Sequence record: SRR31156797_10923
Reading direction: 5' to 3' (one strand)
Length of the DNA: 41,101 bases
Below are positions 28,735-37,647 of this stretch, one piece after another. Each line of letters starts with the position of its first letter. The first letter of the stretch is position 1. The position numbers and the translations under genes are program-made. The notes beneath the pieces are model-generated. The model did not search any database. It saw only the letters and a program-made list of their open reading frames with translations, and had not been told where the DNA came from.

Positions 28735-30780
28735 ATGAGTGTGGAAAACTTTAGAAGTAAGGAAATTAGTTGGTTGTCGTTTAATGAAAGAGTTTTACAG
28801 GAAGCATCAAGAGAAAATGTGCCACTTATAGAGCGTATTAAGTTTTTAGGAATTTACTCCAACAATATGGATGAATTCTTTCGTGTTAGGGTGGCTATTT
28901 TAAAACGAATAGTTCAGTTAGATAAAAATACTGTTTTCGAAGGAGGTTCTCCCGGCGCTATTTTAAAAGAAATTCATGAGATTGTTTTAAAGCAGCAGAA
29001 AAAGTTTTCTCAAACCTACGATCAGATAATTAAAGATCTTGAACAACACGATATTTATTTAATTAATGAAAATGATTTAAGTGATGAACAAGGAGAATTT
29101 GTAAAACGCTATTTCCAGAAAAAAGTAAGGGGTAACCTTATGCCAATAATTATTAGCAGAAGGCGTCCGTTACCTGATTTAGCAGATGATGGTATTTATC
29201 TGGCTGTTTACTTAAGGGATAATGTGCAAGATAAAGTGAATTATGCTTTGGTTGAAATTCCTTCATCGATGGATCGATTTGTATTGCTACCTTCTAATGA
29301 TGGAAAAAAATATGTGATGTTGTTGGATGATGTTATCCGATATGAACTATCGGATATGTTTTACATGTTTAAGTTCGATGAAATTAGCGCTTATACATTC
29401 AAACTTACCCGTGATGCAGAGATGGACATTAATGATGACTTTTCAGAGAGTTACGTTAAAAAAATTGCAAAAGGATTAGAAAAAAGAAAAGAAGCTCATC
29501 CAGTTAGGTTTGTGTATGACAAGCTTATGCCTGACGATTTATTAAGAACCTTGCTGAAAAAATTAAATTATACCACAGATGATTCAGTAATTAAAGGAGG
29601 GCGATATCATAATTTTAAAGATTTTATTGGTTTTCCTAAGTTTGGACAAAAGGGTATGTCTTACCCTTCGTTGCCTCCTATTCAGCATAAAGATATTGAG
29701 CCGCAATCTTCATTTTTCGCCTTAATAAGTAAAAAGGATGTGTTATTGCATTACCCCTATCATTCTTTTCATCATTTTATAGACTACTTGAGAGAGGCAT
29801 CTATTGATCCGTTCGTAAAAGAAATAAAGATTACGATTTATCGAGTTGGAAAAGATTCTGCAGTGGTAAAAGCATTAACCAATGCAGCGCGTAACGGGAA
29901 AAAAGTAACAGCGGTAATGGAACTTCAAGCGCGCTTCGATGAAAAAGCAAATATTTCATGGGCCAATGAACTTAAGAAATCTGGTGTTCGCGTTATTTTT
30001 GGAGTAACAGGATTAAAGGTTCATGCAAAGTTATGTCAGGTTGTTCGTAAAGAGCGATCAAGATTGGTGAATTATGTATGTCTGGGAACCGGAAACTTTA
30101 ATGAAGATTCTGCAGGTATTTTTGCCGATCATCTTTTAATGACCAAGCATATTGGTATTGCAACAGAAGTGGCATCTATATTCGATTTCTTTAATCGAAA
30201 TTATAATATTCCGTTTTTTAACCACTTACTGGTTTCTCCTTTTTACATGCGAAATGCTTTTGAGACATTTATTGATAGGGAAATGATTAATGCCAGTCAG
30301 GGTAAAGAGGCGTACGTTTATATAAAATTGAACAACCTGGTTGATTATGATTTAACACAAAAGCTATATAAGGCAAAAAAAGCAGGTGTAGATGTAAAAC
30401 TAAATGTAAGGGGGATGATATCATTAATGCCGGAATTCGATCCTGAAGTAGAGCCTATAGAATCTATTGGTATTATCGATAGATATTTAGAACACTCCCG
30501 AATATTTGTTTTTTGTAATAATGGTGATGAAAGAATGTATATTTCATCGGCTGACCTAATGACTCGAAATCTGGATAGACGTATTGAAGTGGCTTGTCCA
30601 ATTTACGATAAGCGATTGCAACGAGAAATAAAAATGCAATTGGAAATGCAAATGAAAGACAATTGCTCAGCGCGAATTTTAAATAATGCTCTGGATAATC
30701 AAATTAGAACCACAGATAATAAAGAAAGTTTCCGTTCGCAAGTTGAATTCCATAAATGGTTAAGAGATCTTACAGAATAG
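28735..30780 (+). CDS. ppk1: Polyphosphate kinase 1
   Basis: Motifs EISWLSFNERVLQEA, NMDEFFRVRVA, LHYPYHSF, ELQARFDE, KVHAK, GTGNFN, RYLEHSRI, SADLMTRNLDRRIE. Confidence 0.96.
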   Translation: MSVENFRSKEISWLSFNERVLQEASRENVPLIERIKFLGIYSNNMDEFFRVRVAILKRIVQLDKNTVFEGGSPGAILKEIHEIVLKQQKKFSQTYDQIIKDLEQHDIYLINENDLSDEQGEFVKRYFQKKVRGNLMPIIISRRRPLPDLADDGIYLAVYLRDNVQDKVNYALVEIPSSMDRFVLLPSNDGKKYVMLLDDVIRYELSDMFYMFKFDEISAYTFKLTRDAEMDINDDFSESYVKKIAKGLEKRKEAHPVRFVYDKLMPDDLLRTLLKKLNYTTDDSVIKGGRYHNFKDFIGFPKFGQKGMSYPSLPPIQHKDIEPQSSFFALISKKDVLLHYPYHSFHHFIDYLREASIDPFVKEIKITIYRVGKDSAVVKALTNAARNGKKVTAVMELQARFDEKANISWANELKKSGVRVIFGVTGLKVHAKLCQVVRKERSRLVNYVCLGTGNFNEDSAGIFADHLLMTKHIGIATEVASIFDFFNRNYNIPFFNHLLVSPFYMRNAFETFIDREMINASQGKEAYVYIKLNNLVDYDLTQKLYKAKKAGVDVKLNVRGMISLMPEFDPEVEPIESIGIIDRYLEHSRIFVFCNNGDERMYISSADLMTRNLDRRIEVACPIYDKRLQREIKMQLEMQMKDNCSARILNNALDNQIRTTDNKESFRSQVEFHKWLRDLTE

Positions 30781-30862
30781 ACGTTGAGATTTGTCATTGA
30801 AGTTGTTTTTTCTATTCCTGACATTTACTTCATAATTTTTTTAGAGGTAAAAAACTTGAAGT

Positions 30863-31894
30863 ATGGAAAAAATGAAAGCGCTGGTTAAACTAAAACCGGA
30901 AAAAGGTATATGGCTTCAGGAAATTGATATACCTAAAATTGGAGTTAACGATGTATTAATTAAAGTAGTTAAATCTTCAATTTGTGGCACCGACTTACAT
31001 ATATATTTATGGGATGAGTGGGCTCAAAAGACCATTAAAACACCAATGACGATTGGTCATGAGTATGTAGGATATGTAGCTAAAGTTGGAGATGAAGTTA
31101 CTGAGTTTAAAGAAGGAGATCGGGTAACAGGAGAAGGGCATATAGCATGTGGTCACTGCAGAAATTGCCGAAGAGGGCGCCAGCATATTTGTGAAAATAC
31201 AATTGGTATTGGCGTAAATATAGATGGTGCTTTTGCCGAATATGTAAAAGTGCCGGCCACCAATGTGATGAAGGTTCATAATGATATTTCTGATGAAATA
31301 GCCTCAATTATGGATCCCTTCGGAAACGCAACGCATACGACTTTGAGTTTTCCTATTATCGGAGAAGATGTGGTGGTTACAGGTAGTGGCTTGATTGGCA
31401 GTATGTGTGTGGCCATTGCCAAATTTGCCGGAGCACGCTACGTTGTAGCTACAGAAACCAATGCTTACAGAGCGGAGTTGGCAAAAAAAATGGGAGCGAC
31501 TCGTGTTGTAAATCCTTTGAAAGAAGACTTAAAAGATGTAGTTGAAGAATTGCATATGAAAGGGTTTGACATTGGACTGGAATGCTCAGGAAATGCTTCT
31601 GCATTTAACGCCATGATTGATTCCATGTATAATTCAGGGAAGATTTCTTTATTAGGTATTCAATCTTCTTCTACGCAAATAGATTGGAGCAAGGTTATAT
31701 TTAAGGGGCTAACTCTAAAAGGAATTTACGGTAGAGAAATGTTTGAAACATGGTATCATATGGAGCAAATGTTGCTTTCTGGAATAGATTTAACACCAAT
31801 GATAACGCACCGGTTTCATGTAGATGATTTTCAAAAAGGTTTTGATATTATGGAAACAGGAAACAGTGGTAAGGTTATTTTAAATTGGGAATAG
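30863..31894 (+). CDS. tdh: L-threonine 3-dehydrogenase (zinc-containing)
   Basis: Motifs [63 protein letters not shown]. Confidence 0.95.
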   Translation: MEKMKALVKLKPEKGIWLQEIDIPKIGVNDVLIKVVKSSICGTDLHIYLWDEWAQKTIKTPMTIGHEYVGYVAKVGDEVTEFKEGDRVTGEGHIACGHCRNCRRGRQHICENTIGIGVNIDGAFAEYVKVPATNVMKVHNDISDEIASIMDPFGNATHTTLSFPIIGEDVVVTGSGLIGSMCVAIAKFAGARYVVATETNAYRAELAKKMGATRVVNPLKEDLKDVVEELHMKGFDIGLECSGNASAFNAMIDSMYNSGKISLLGIQSSSTQIDWSKVIFKGLTLKGIYGREMFETWYHMEQMLLSGIDLTPMITHRFHVDDFQKGFDIMETGNSGKVILNWE

Positions 31895-31907
31895 AAAATA
31901 GCAATCT

Positions 31908-31955
31908 CGATATTAATTGTAATGAGTTGAATAATTCTGATTGTAATTAATATCG
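31908..31955. repeat. Long hairpin between convergent genes
   Basis: Perfect 11-bp arms CGATATTAATT / AATTAATATCG, extendable with G-U pairs. Confidence 0.65.
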
Positions 31956-31963
31956 GGCTGATT

Positions 31964-32155
31964 TCATTTAAAAGCCAACACTAAACCCGCAAAACTACCA
32001 TACAAAACACTATTTACTGGATTGGAAGTAATAGGACAAGTTCCGCTGTTACAACCAATAAAATAATAATATGCATATCCTAATGTGGCGCCAATTGCCA
32101 ATCCAAGAATAATTCGGATTGGTTTTTGTTGTTTTATTTTCTCCCAAATCTTCAT
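31964..32155 (-). CDS. Small membrane protein (DUF6132/YtxH-like)
   Basis: G..LGYAYYYFIGCNSGTCPITSNP motif with two hydrophobic segments. Confidence 0.8.
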   Translation of the reverse strand: MKIWEKIKQQKPIRIILGLAIGATLGYAYYYFIGCNSGTCPITSNPVNSVLYGSFAGLVLAFK

Positions 32156-32202
32156 ACTTTCGACATTTACAAATTCAACGCAAGTTATTAAAATATCTAA
32201 AA

Positions 32203-33462
32203 ATGTATATACGTAAGGTTTTGCTTTTTGTTTTGTTCAGTCAGGTGACTATTTTATATGCGCAAAATACTTTTCAAACATATGATAAGAGAGCTAAATC
32301 TATTTCAGCCATTGAAGATTTGAATGAAAAAAACTTTCAATCGGTAAATTTTGCAACTGACTTTAAAAACTTTTTGCTTGCCAACAGTTCTTCGGTTCGG
32401 GTAAATGAAAAGTCTTACATACAGTCAACAAAATCAAGCGATTCAAAGTATACGGTTTATTATTATAATACTTTCCATCAGGGAAAGGTCTTAAGGGTAG
32501 ATTGGTTCGTATTATATGGCGACATCTCGCACAAAAGAGTTTATCACTCGTTTGAAGATCAGATAAAATTTAACCCTAAAAAAGGAAATGGGGAGTTATT
32601 ACTTCATCTGGCTCGAATCCCGGAATCAGAAGTAGACTTATATCCACTTTCGTTTTCTTTTAAATCAGATTTAAAAATTTATAAGGAATATAAGGATATT
32701 GCCTCCATTTGTTTTTTCGAAGAACTACTGATTCGAGAAACTACAGCAGAACGCGAGGCTTTAAATGATTCTATTTTAAAGCAAATGGAAGTGCTTTGGA
32801 ATAAGGCAGAATTATTTAACGATCGCTTTGCTGGAATTAAACGAATGTCCACAGTTATTTCTGATGATGAAAATGTGAAGTTGTGTACCTGGAATGTTTT
32901 GTTACCAGATTCGCGTAATAAATTTTACGGGGCAGTCATCACCAAAAATAAAGAAGAGATAAAAGTCCAATTGTTAGAAGATTACAGCCATAAGATTCGT
33001 TCTCCAGAGAAATCTGCACTTACACCTCGCAAATGGTATGGTGCCGTTTATTACCAAATAGCCGATATTAAAGACAGTAAATATGGAACATATTACCTTC
33101 TTATGGGTTATAAACCTAACAGTGAAATGACAAAGAAGAAGGTGGTTGAGGCAATGCTGGTAGTTGGAAATGGTCAGGTTAGGTTTGGGCATTCTGTATT
33201 TTTAACAGATCGTAATTTAGACAAACGTTTAGTTTTTGAATATAATGCTGCAACCACCATGATGTTACAATATGATGCAGAGGAAAAGCGAATTGTTCTT
33301 GATCATTTAGCGCCAACAAACCCAATGTTTAAAGATAACAGGCGTTTTTATGGGCCAGATTTTACTTACGACGGTTATTCTCTGGAAAAAGGAAAGTGGA
33401 CGTTGACTCGAGATATTGATTTGAGAAATCCGGAAGTACATCATGTAAATGGTAATAATTAA
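32203..33462 (+). CDS. Exported hypothetical protein of a Bacteroidota type
   Basis: Signal-peptide-like start at ATG 32203 (ending LYA-Q); C-terminal motifs WYGAVYY, LDHLAP, FYGPDFTYD; TACTTTCG -7-like element at 32155-32162. Confidence 0.7.
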   Translation: MYIRKVLLFVLFSQVTILYAQNTFQTYDKRAKSISAIEDLNEKNFQSVNFATDFKNFLLANSSSVRVNEKSYIQSTKSSDSKYTVYYYNTFHQGKVLRVDWFVLYGDISHKRVYHSFEDQIKFNPKKGNGELLLHLARIPESEVDLYPLSFSFKSDLKIYKEYKDIASICFFEELLIRETTAEREALNDSILKQMEVLWNKAELFNDRFAGIKRMSTVISDDENVKLCTWNVLLPDSRNKFYGAVITKNKEEIKVQLLEDYSHKIRSPEKSALTPRKWYGAVYYQIADIKDSKYGTYYLLMGYKPNSEMTKKKVVEAMLVVGNGQVRFGHSVFLTDRNLDKRLVFEYNAATTMMLQYDAEEKRIVLDHLAPTNPMFKDNRRFYGPDFTYDGYSLEKGKWTLTRDIDLRNPEVHHVNGNN

Positions 33463-33477
33463 TAGAAGGAAATAAGA

Positions 33478-35421
33478 ATGGAAGTATTTGCAGAAAAGTT
33501 TGATGATATAAAGATATTACGTTTCGAAGTTCCCGGTTTCGAAATGCTTAGTTTAGAGAAAAAGTTATTTGTGTATCATTTGAACCAGGCTACATTAGCT
33601 GGCCGTGATATTTTATGGGATCAACACGGAAAATATAATTTATTGCTTCGGGATATCCTTGAAGCAATATATCAGTTTGAAGAACAAAAAGACACAGATG
33701 ATTGGCGACAATTAGAGATTTATTTAAAGAAAAACTGGTTTTCCAGTGGTCCACATCATCATTATAGTACCGATAAATTTGTGGCTGGTTTTTCAAGAGA
33801 AGCATTTAAAAAATGGCTTGAAAACCTAAAGCCAGGTATGGGAAAACTTACGAATTGGCATCTGGAAAAAGAACAATTAGAAATAATTGAAAAACTGATT
33901 TTTGATAAAACATTTATGGCAAAACGAGTTGATTCTCGTGCGAATGTGGATGTAGTGAAAGAATCGGCTAATAATTTTTATGAGGGTATAACTCAAAAAG
34001 AGGTGGAGACCTTTTATGCCGACCAAAAAGAAAAGGCATCAGATAAAAGAATTTCTTTTGGTTTAAACTCTAAGTTAAAGAAAGAAGACGGAGAGATTAC
34101 AGAAGAAGTGTACTGTGTGTCCGAAAAATACGGAAAAGCATTAGCTGAAATTAATCAGCACTTAAACGAGGCGCTTAAATATGCAGAGACAGAAGGTCAG
34201 AGAGAGGTCATAAAACTTTTGGTTTCGTATTACGAGACAGGGGATTTGCATTTATTTGATCAGATGAGCATAAAGTGGGTAAATGAATTAAATGGAGATG
34301 TAGATTTTATAAATGGTTTTATAGAAACCTATGGGGATCCGATGGATTTAAAAGCCACTTGGGAAGGTGTTGTTCAACTGGTGGATGAAGAAGAAACGGA
34401 GAAGGCAAAAATTATAGCTGAACATGCTGATTGGTTTGAGCACAATTCTCCAACTGATCAGGAGCACAAAAAAGAAACGATTCAAGGTGTTTCTCTGAAA
34501 GCCATCAATGCAGTTATTTTAGGTGGCGATTGCTACCCTGCCAGTCCTTTGGGAATAAACTTACCCAATGCTGAATGGATAAGAGAAGCTCATGGTTCAA
34601 AGTCGGTAACACTAACGAATATTTCCAATGCACATCATAAAGCTTCATTAAGTAGTGGTTTTGCAGAAGAATTTACTTTAACTAGTGAAGAAGTGGCTTT
34701 AGAAAAGAAATATGGTTCAGTTTCAGATAATTTGCATACGCATTTACATGAGTGTATTGGACATGGTTCCGGAAAATTATTGCCTGGAGTTACCTCGGAT
34801 AAATTAAAAAATTATGCTTCGGTAATAGAAGAAGCCAGAGCTGATTTATGCGGATTGTACTTTATGTATGATGAAAAAATGTTGGAACTGGGTTTGCTTC
34901 CAAGTTTGGATGCTGCGAAAGCACATTATAACGGATACATTCGCAATGGATTATTAACCCAGATTACACGCATAAAATTGGGTGATAATATTGAACAGGC
35001 ACATATGCGAAACCGTCAGCTAATTGCATCCTGGGTATATGAAGCAGGTAAGGGGAAGGTTGTTAAAAAAGTTAAAAAAGATGAAAAAACCTTTTTTAAA
35101 ATCAATGATCACAAGCAGCTAAAAGTCTTATTTGGTGAGTTGTTAAGAGAAATTCAACGCATCAAATCGGAGGGTGATTTTAAAGCAGCGCAAAACATTG
35201 TGGAGACTTATGGTGTTAAAATAGACAAGCAATTACATCAGGAGGTATTGGAACGTTTTAAAAAGCTAGAAGTACCGCCATTCACAGGTTTCCTGAATCC
35301 AAATTATCAATTGGTTGAGGAAAATGGAAGTGTTAAAGATGTAGTTGTTGATTACAATACCGATTATGCAACACAGATGTTATCGTATTCAAAACAATAT
35401 GGATTTTTAAATTCGCATTGA
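33478..35421 (+). CDS. Dipeptidyl peptidase III (peptidase family M49)
   Basis: Hexapeptide HECIGH, EEARAD, GINLPN, GSKSV, EQAHMRNRQ. Confidence 0.92.
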   Translation: MEVFAEKFDDIKILRFEVPGFEMLSLEKKLFVYHLNQATLAGRDILWDQHGKYNLLLRDILEAIYQFEEQKDTDDWRQLEIYLKKNWFSSGPHHHYSTDKFVAGFSREAFKKWLENLKPGMGKLTNWHLEKEQLEIIEKLIFDKTFMAKRVDSRANVDVVKESANNFYEGITQKEVETFYADQKEKASDKRISFGLNSKLKKEDGEITEEVYCVSEKYGKALAEINQHLNEALKYAETEGQREVIKLLVSYYETGDLHLFDQMSIKWVNELNGDVDFINGFIETYGDPMDLKATWEGVVQLVDEEETEKAKIIAEHADWFEHNSPTDQEHKKETIQGVSLKAINAVILGGDCYPASPLGINLPNAEWIREAHGSKSVTLTNISNAHHKASLSSGFAEEFTLTSEEVALEKKYGSVSDNLHTHLHECIGHGSGKLLPGVTSDKLKNYASVIEEARADLCGLYFMYDEKMLELGLLPSLDAAKAHYNGYIRNGLLTQITRIKLGDNIEQAHMRNRQLIASWVYEAGKGKVVKKVKKDEKTFFKINDHKQLKVLFGELLREIQRIKSEGDFKAAQNIVETYGVKIDKQLHQEVLERFKKLEVPPFTGFLNPNYQLVEENGSVKDVVVDYNTDYATQMLSYSKQYGFLNSH

Positions 35422-35556
35422 TAATCTGATCAAATCGGTAGGATAAAGATATAAGACACGAAAGTCTGTTTTTTAGGATTGCTTTTGTATTTTTTAAAAA
35501 ACTCGCTTTCTTTGCATAATAATTTATTGAAATAGAAAATTTTAAAACTAAAACAT

Positions 35557-36147
35557 ATGGAAATTTCAAGAAACAAGTACGTAACAGTATCTTACGTATT
35601 AAGATTGCAAGGATTCGAAGGGGAGATTGTTGAAGAAACCACTGAGGATAAGCCACTGGAGTTTATTTTTGGAACAGGGCGTATGCTTCAAATGTTTGAG
35701 GATAAATTAGAAGGTTTAAAATCAGGTGATGATTTTAGCTTTAAATTAAGCGCAGACGAAGCTTATGGACAAGTTAATGAAGAAGCTAAAGTTAGCATCC
35801 CAAGAAATATTTTCGAAGTAGACGGTAAAATGGATGAGGAGCTTATTAAAGTAGGAAATATGGTTCCTATGCAAGATGCTCAGGGAAACCGTTTAAATGG
35901 TATCGTTTTAGATGTTACTGACGAAACTGTTCGTATGGATTTTAACCACCCATTAGCTGGTGATGATTTGTTTTTCTCAGGTGCTGTGAAAGAAGTACGT
36001 GAAGCTACAGAATCAGAAATTATGGCTGTTGTTGGTGGCGGAGGCTGCGGATCAGGTTGTGGTTGTGGTGATGAAGCACAATCAGGATGCGATAGCGGTT
36101 CATGTGGATCTGATGGATCAGGTTCAGGTGGTTGCGGATGTTCATAA
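35557..36147 (+). CDS. slyD: FKBP-type peptidyl-prolyl isomerase with IF domain and Cys/Gly-rich tail
   Basis: Motifs PLEFIFG, FE..L.G, EAYG, MDFNHPLAG..L.F, REAT..E, metal-binding-type tail. Confidence 0.92.
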   Translation: MEISRNKYVTVSYVLRLQGFEGEIVEETTEDKPLEFIFGTGRMLQMFEDKLEGLKSGDDFSFKLSADEAYGQVNEEAKVSIPRNIFEVDGKMDEELIKVGNMVPMQDAQGNRLNGIVLDVTDETVRMDFNHPLAGDDLFFSGAVKEVREATESEIMAVVGGGGCGSGCGCGDEAQSGCDSGSCGSDGSGSGGCGCS

Positions 36148-36215
36148 TAAGTTTAAAGCTTTTTAAGTAGATAGTTTATAAAGAATCTGCTTTTTGATAG
36201 AGCTAAAAAATATAC

Positions 36216-36246
36216 AGCCTGTTTTCCTATGAAGACAGGCTTTTTT
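36216..36246 (+). terminator. Intrinsic terminator after slyD
   Basis: AGCCTGTTTTC-CTAT-GAAGACAGGCT followed by a T run. Confidence 0.85.
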
Positions 36247-36327
36247 CATCTGAAACATAGATGAACTTTAATCAAGTAAATCCTGTCTGTTTTAAGAATT
36301 TAAAAGGAGTAAATTCAATTTCTTTTC

Positions 36328-36335
36328 TATTTTTG
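36328..36335 (+). promoter_or_regulatory. Bacteroidota sigma-70 -7 element for aroC
   Basis: TATTTTTG, which implies a 5' leader of about 140 nt. Confidence 0.5.
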
Positions 36336-36482
36336 TGACAATAATCAGGTTTATACCTGTATTAAAACGAATTCGAATCACTAATATATTAAGGATAAGT
36401 CAACAAGACTAAAGGTACACTTTTGATCATAAGTGTATTCCGTTGTCTTTTGTTTTATATCCTTTGTCTAACAAGAATTTAA

Positions 36483-37559
36483 ATGGCCGGTAATTCATTT
36501 GGAAATTTTTATAAGTTAACTTCTTTCGGCGAGTCGCATGGAAAGGCAGTTGGAGGAGTAATTGAAGGTGTAATGCCAGGGTTGGAAATTGACCTTGAGT
36601 TCATTCAGGCAGAGTTAAATCGTCGTCGTCCGGGACAAAGTGCCATTACCACCCCACGTGACGAAAAAGATAAAGTTGAGATTCTTTCCGGAGTAATGGA
36701 AGGAAAAGCAACCGGAACACCCATTGGTTTTTTAATATGGAATGCTGATCAGCGATCTAAAGATTATGGTAATATAAAAGATGTATATCGTCCTTCGCAT
36801 GCAGATTATACTTACCAGCAAAAGTACGGCATTCGCGATTATAGAGGAGGTGGTCGTTCTTCGGCAAGGGAAACAATAGCACGCGTGGTTGCCGGAGCTA
36901 TTGCTAAACTGATTTTAAAGCAATATGGTGTTGAGATTAATGCCTATACTTCACAGGTTGGACATATTAAACTCGAAAAATCATTTACAGAAATGGATTT
37001 ATCCAAAGCGGAGGAAAACATCGTTCGTTGCCCGGATGCTGAAGTGGCTGAAAAAATGATTGAATATATTGATACTATGCGCAAGGATAAAGATTCAGTA
37101 GGAGGTGTCATTACTTGTGTGGTTAAAAATTCACCAGTTGGACTAGGAGAGCCTGTTTTTGATAAATTTCATGCAGAAATGGGAAAAGCCATGTTAAGCA
37201 TAAATGCAGTGAAAGGTTTCGAGTACGGAATGGGTTTTAAAGCTGGCGAAATGAAAGGAACCGAACATAACGATGAGTTTTATATGGACGGGGATAAGGT
37301 AAGAACCAAAACCAACCGTTCAGGAGGTGTTCAAGGTGGAATTACCAATGGTGAGGATATTTATATGAATGTGGCATTTAAACCCATTGCTACTATTTTA
37401 AAAGAGCAAAATACCGTGAATAAGCAAGGAGAGGAAGTGCAAACGACGGTGAAAGGTCGTCATGATCCTTGTGTACTGCCTCGTGCTGTACCCATTGTAG
37501 AAGCGATGGCTGCTATGGTGATGGTTGATATGATCTATCTGAATAAAATGTATCGATAG
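36483..37559 (+). CDS. aroC: Chorismate synthase
   Basis: Motifs [55 protein letters not shown]. Confidence 0.97.
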   Translation: MAGNSFGNFYKLTSFGESHGKAVGGVIEGVMPGLEIDLEFIQAELNRRRPGQSAITTPRDEKDKVEILSGVMEGKATGTPIGFLIWNADQRSKDYGNIKDVYRPSHADYTYQQKYGIRDYRGGGRSSARETIARVVAGAIAKLILKQYGVEINAYTSQVGHIKLEKSFTEMDLSKAEENIVRCPDAEVAEKMIEYIDTMRKDKDSVGGVITCVVKNSPVGLGEPVFDKFHAEMGKAMLSINAVKGFEYGMGFKAGEMKGTEHNDEFYMDGDKVRTKTNRSGGVQGGITNGEDIYMNVAFKPIATILKEQNTVNKQGEEVQTTVKGRHDPCVLPRAVPIVEAMAAMVMVDMIYLNKMYR

Positions 37560-37576
37560 CATTTAAAATATCTAAC

Positions 37577-37615
37577 AAGAGGTAAAAGAGCGATCTTTTA
37601 TCTCTTTTCTTTTTT
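37577..37615 (+). terminator. Intrinsic terminator-like hairpin after aroC
   Basis: AAGAGGTAAAAGA-GCGA-TCTTTTATCTCTT followed by a T-rich tail. Confidence 0.7.
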
Positions 37616-37647
37616 AAGACATGTAGAAAAACTAAAATCAATAAAGG

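Noticed and set aside
32119..32202. Upstream extension of the hypothetical ORF
   Set aside because: It overlaps the divergent small gene and the promoter; the signal peptide starts at 32203.
35418..35433. TTGAT-N6-ATCAA at the DPP III stop codon
   Set aside because: The spacer is 6 nt rather than the 4 nt of a Crp/Fnr box, and it overlaps the stop codon.
35333..35656. 107-aa minus-strand ORF, and the other short ORFs antisense to or nested in real genes (e.g. 1995, 4794, 5663, 9505, 14557, 14678, 15364, 21482, 23461, 24494, 26175, 26841, 27469, 31007, 31107, 32974, 33590, 37668, 38742, 40883)
   Set aside because: Shadows of well-supported genes, with no recognisable motifs.
36261..36338. 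25-codon ORF upstream of aroC as a possible attenuator leader peptide
   Set aside because: It lies upstream of and across the predicted -7 element, and its Phe codons reflect T-rich DNA rather than a regulatory run.
36467..37580. TCTAACAAGA on both sides of aroC, resembling attC RYYYAAC ends or a target-site duplication
   Set aside because: No matching GTTRRRY closes the hairpins, there is no integrase, aroC is a core gene, and a 10-bp AT-rich match can be chance.
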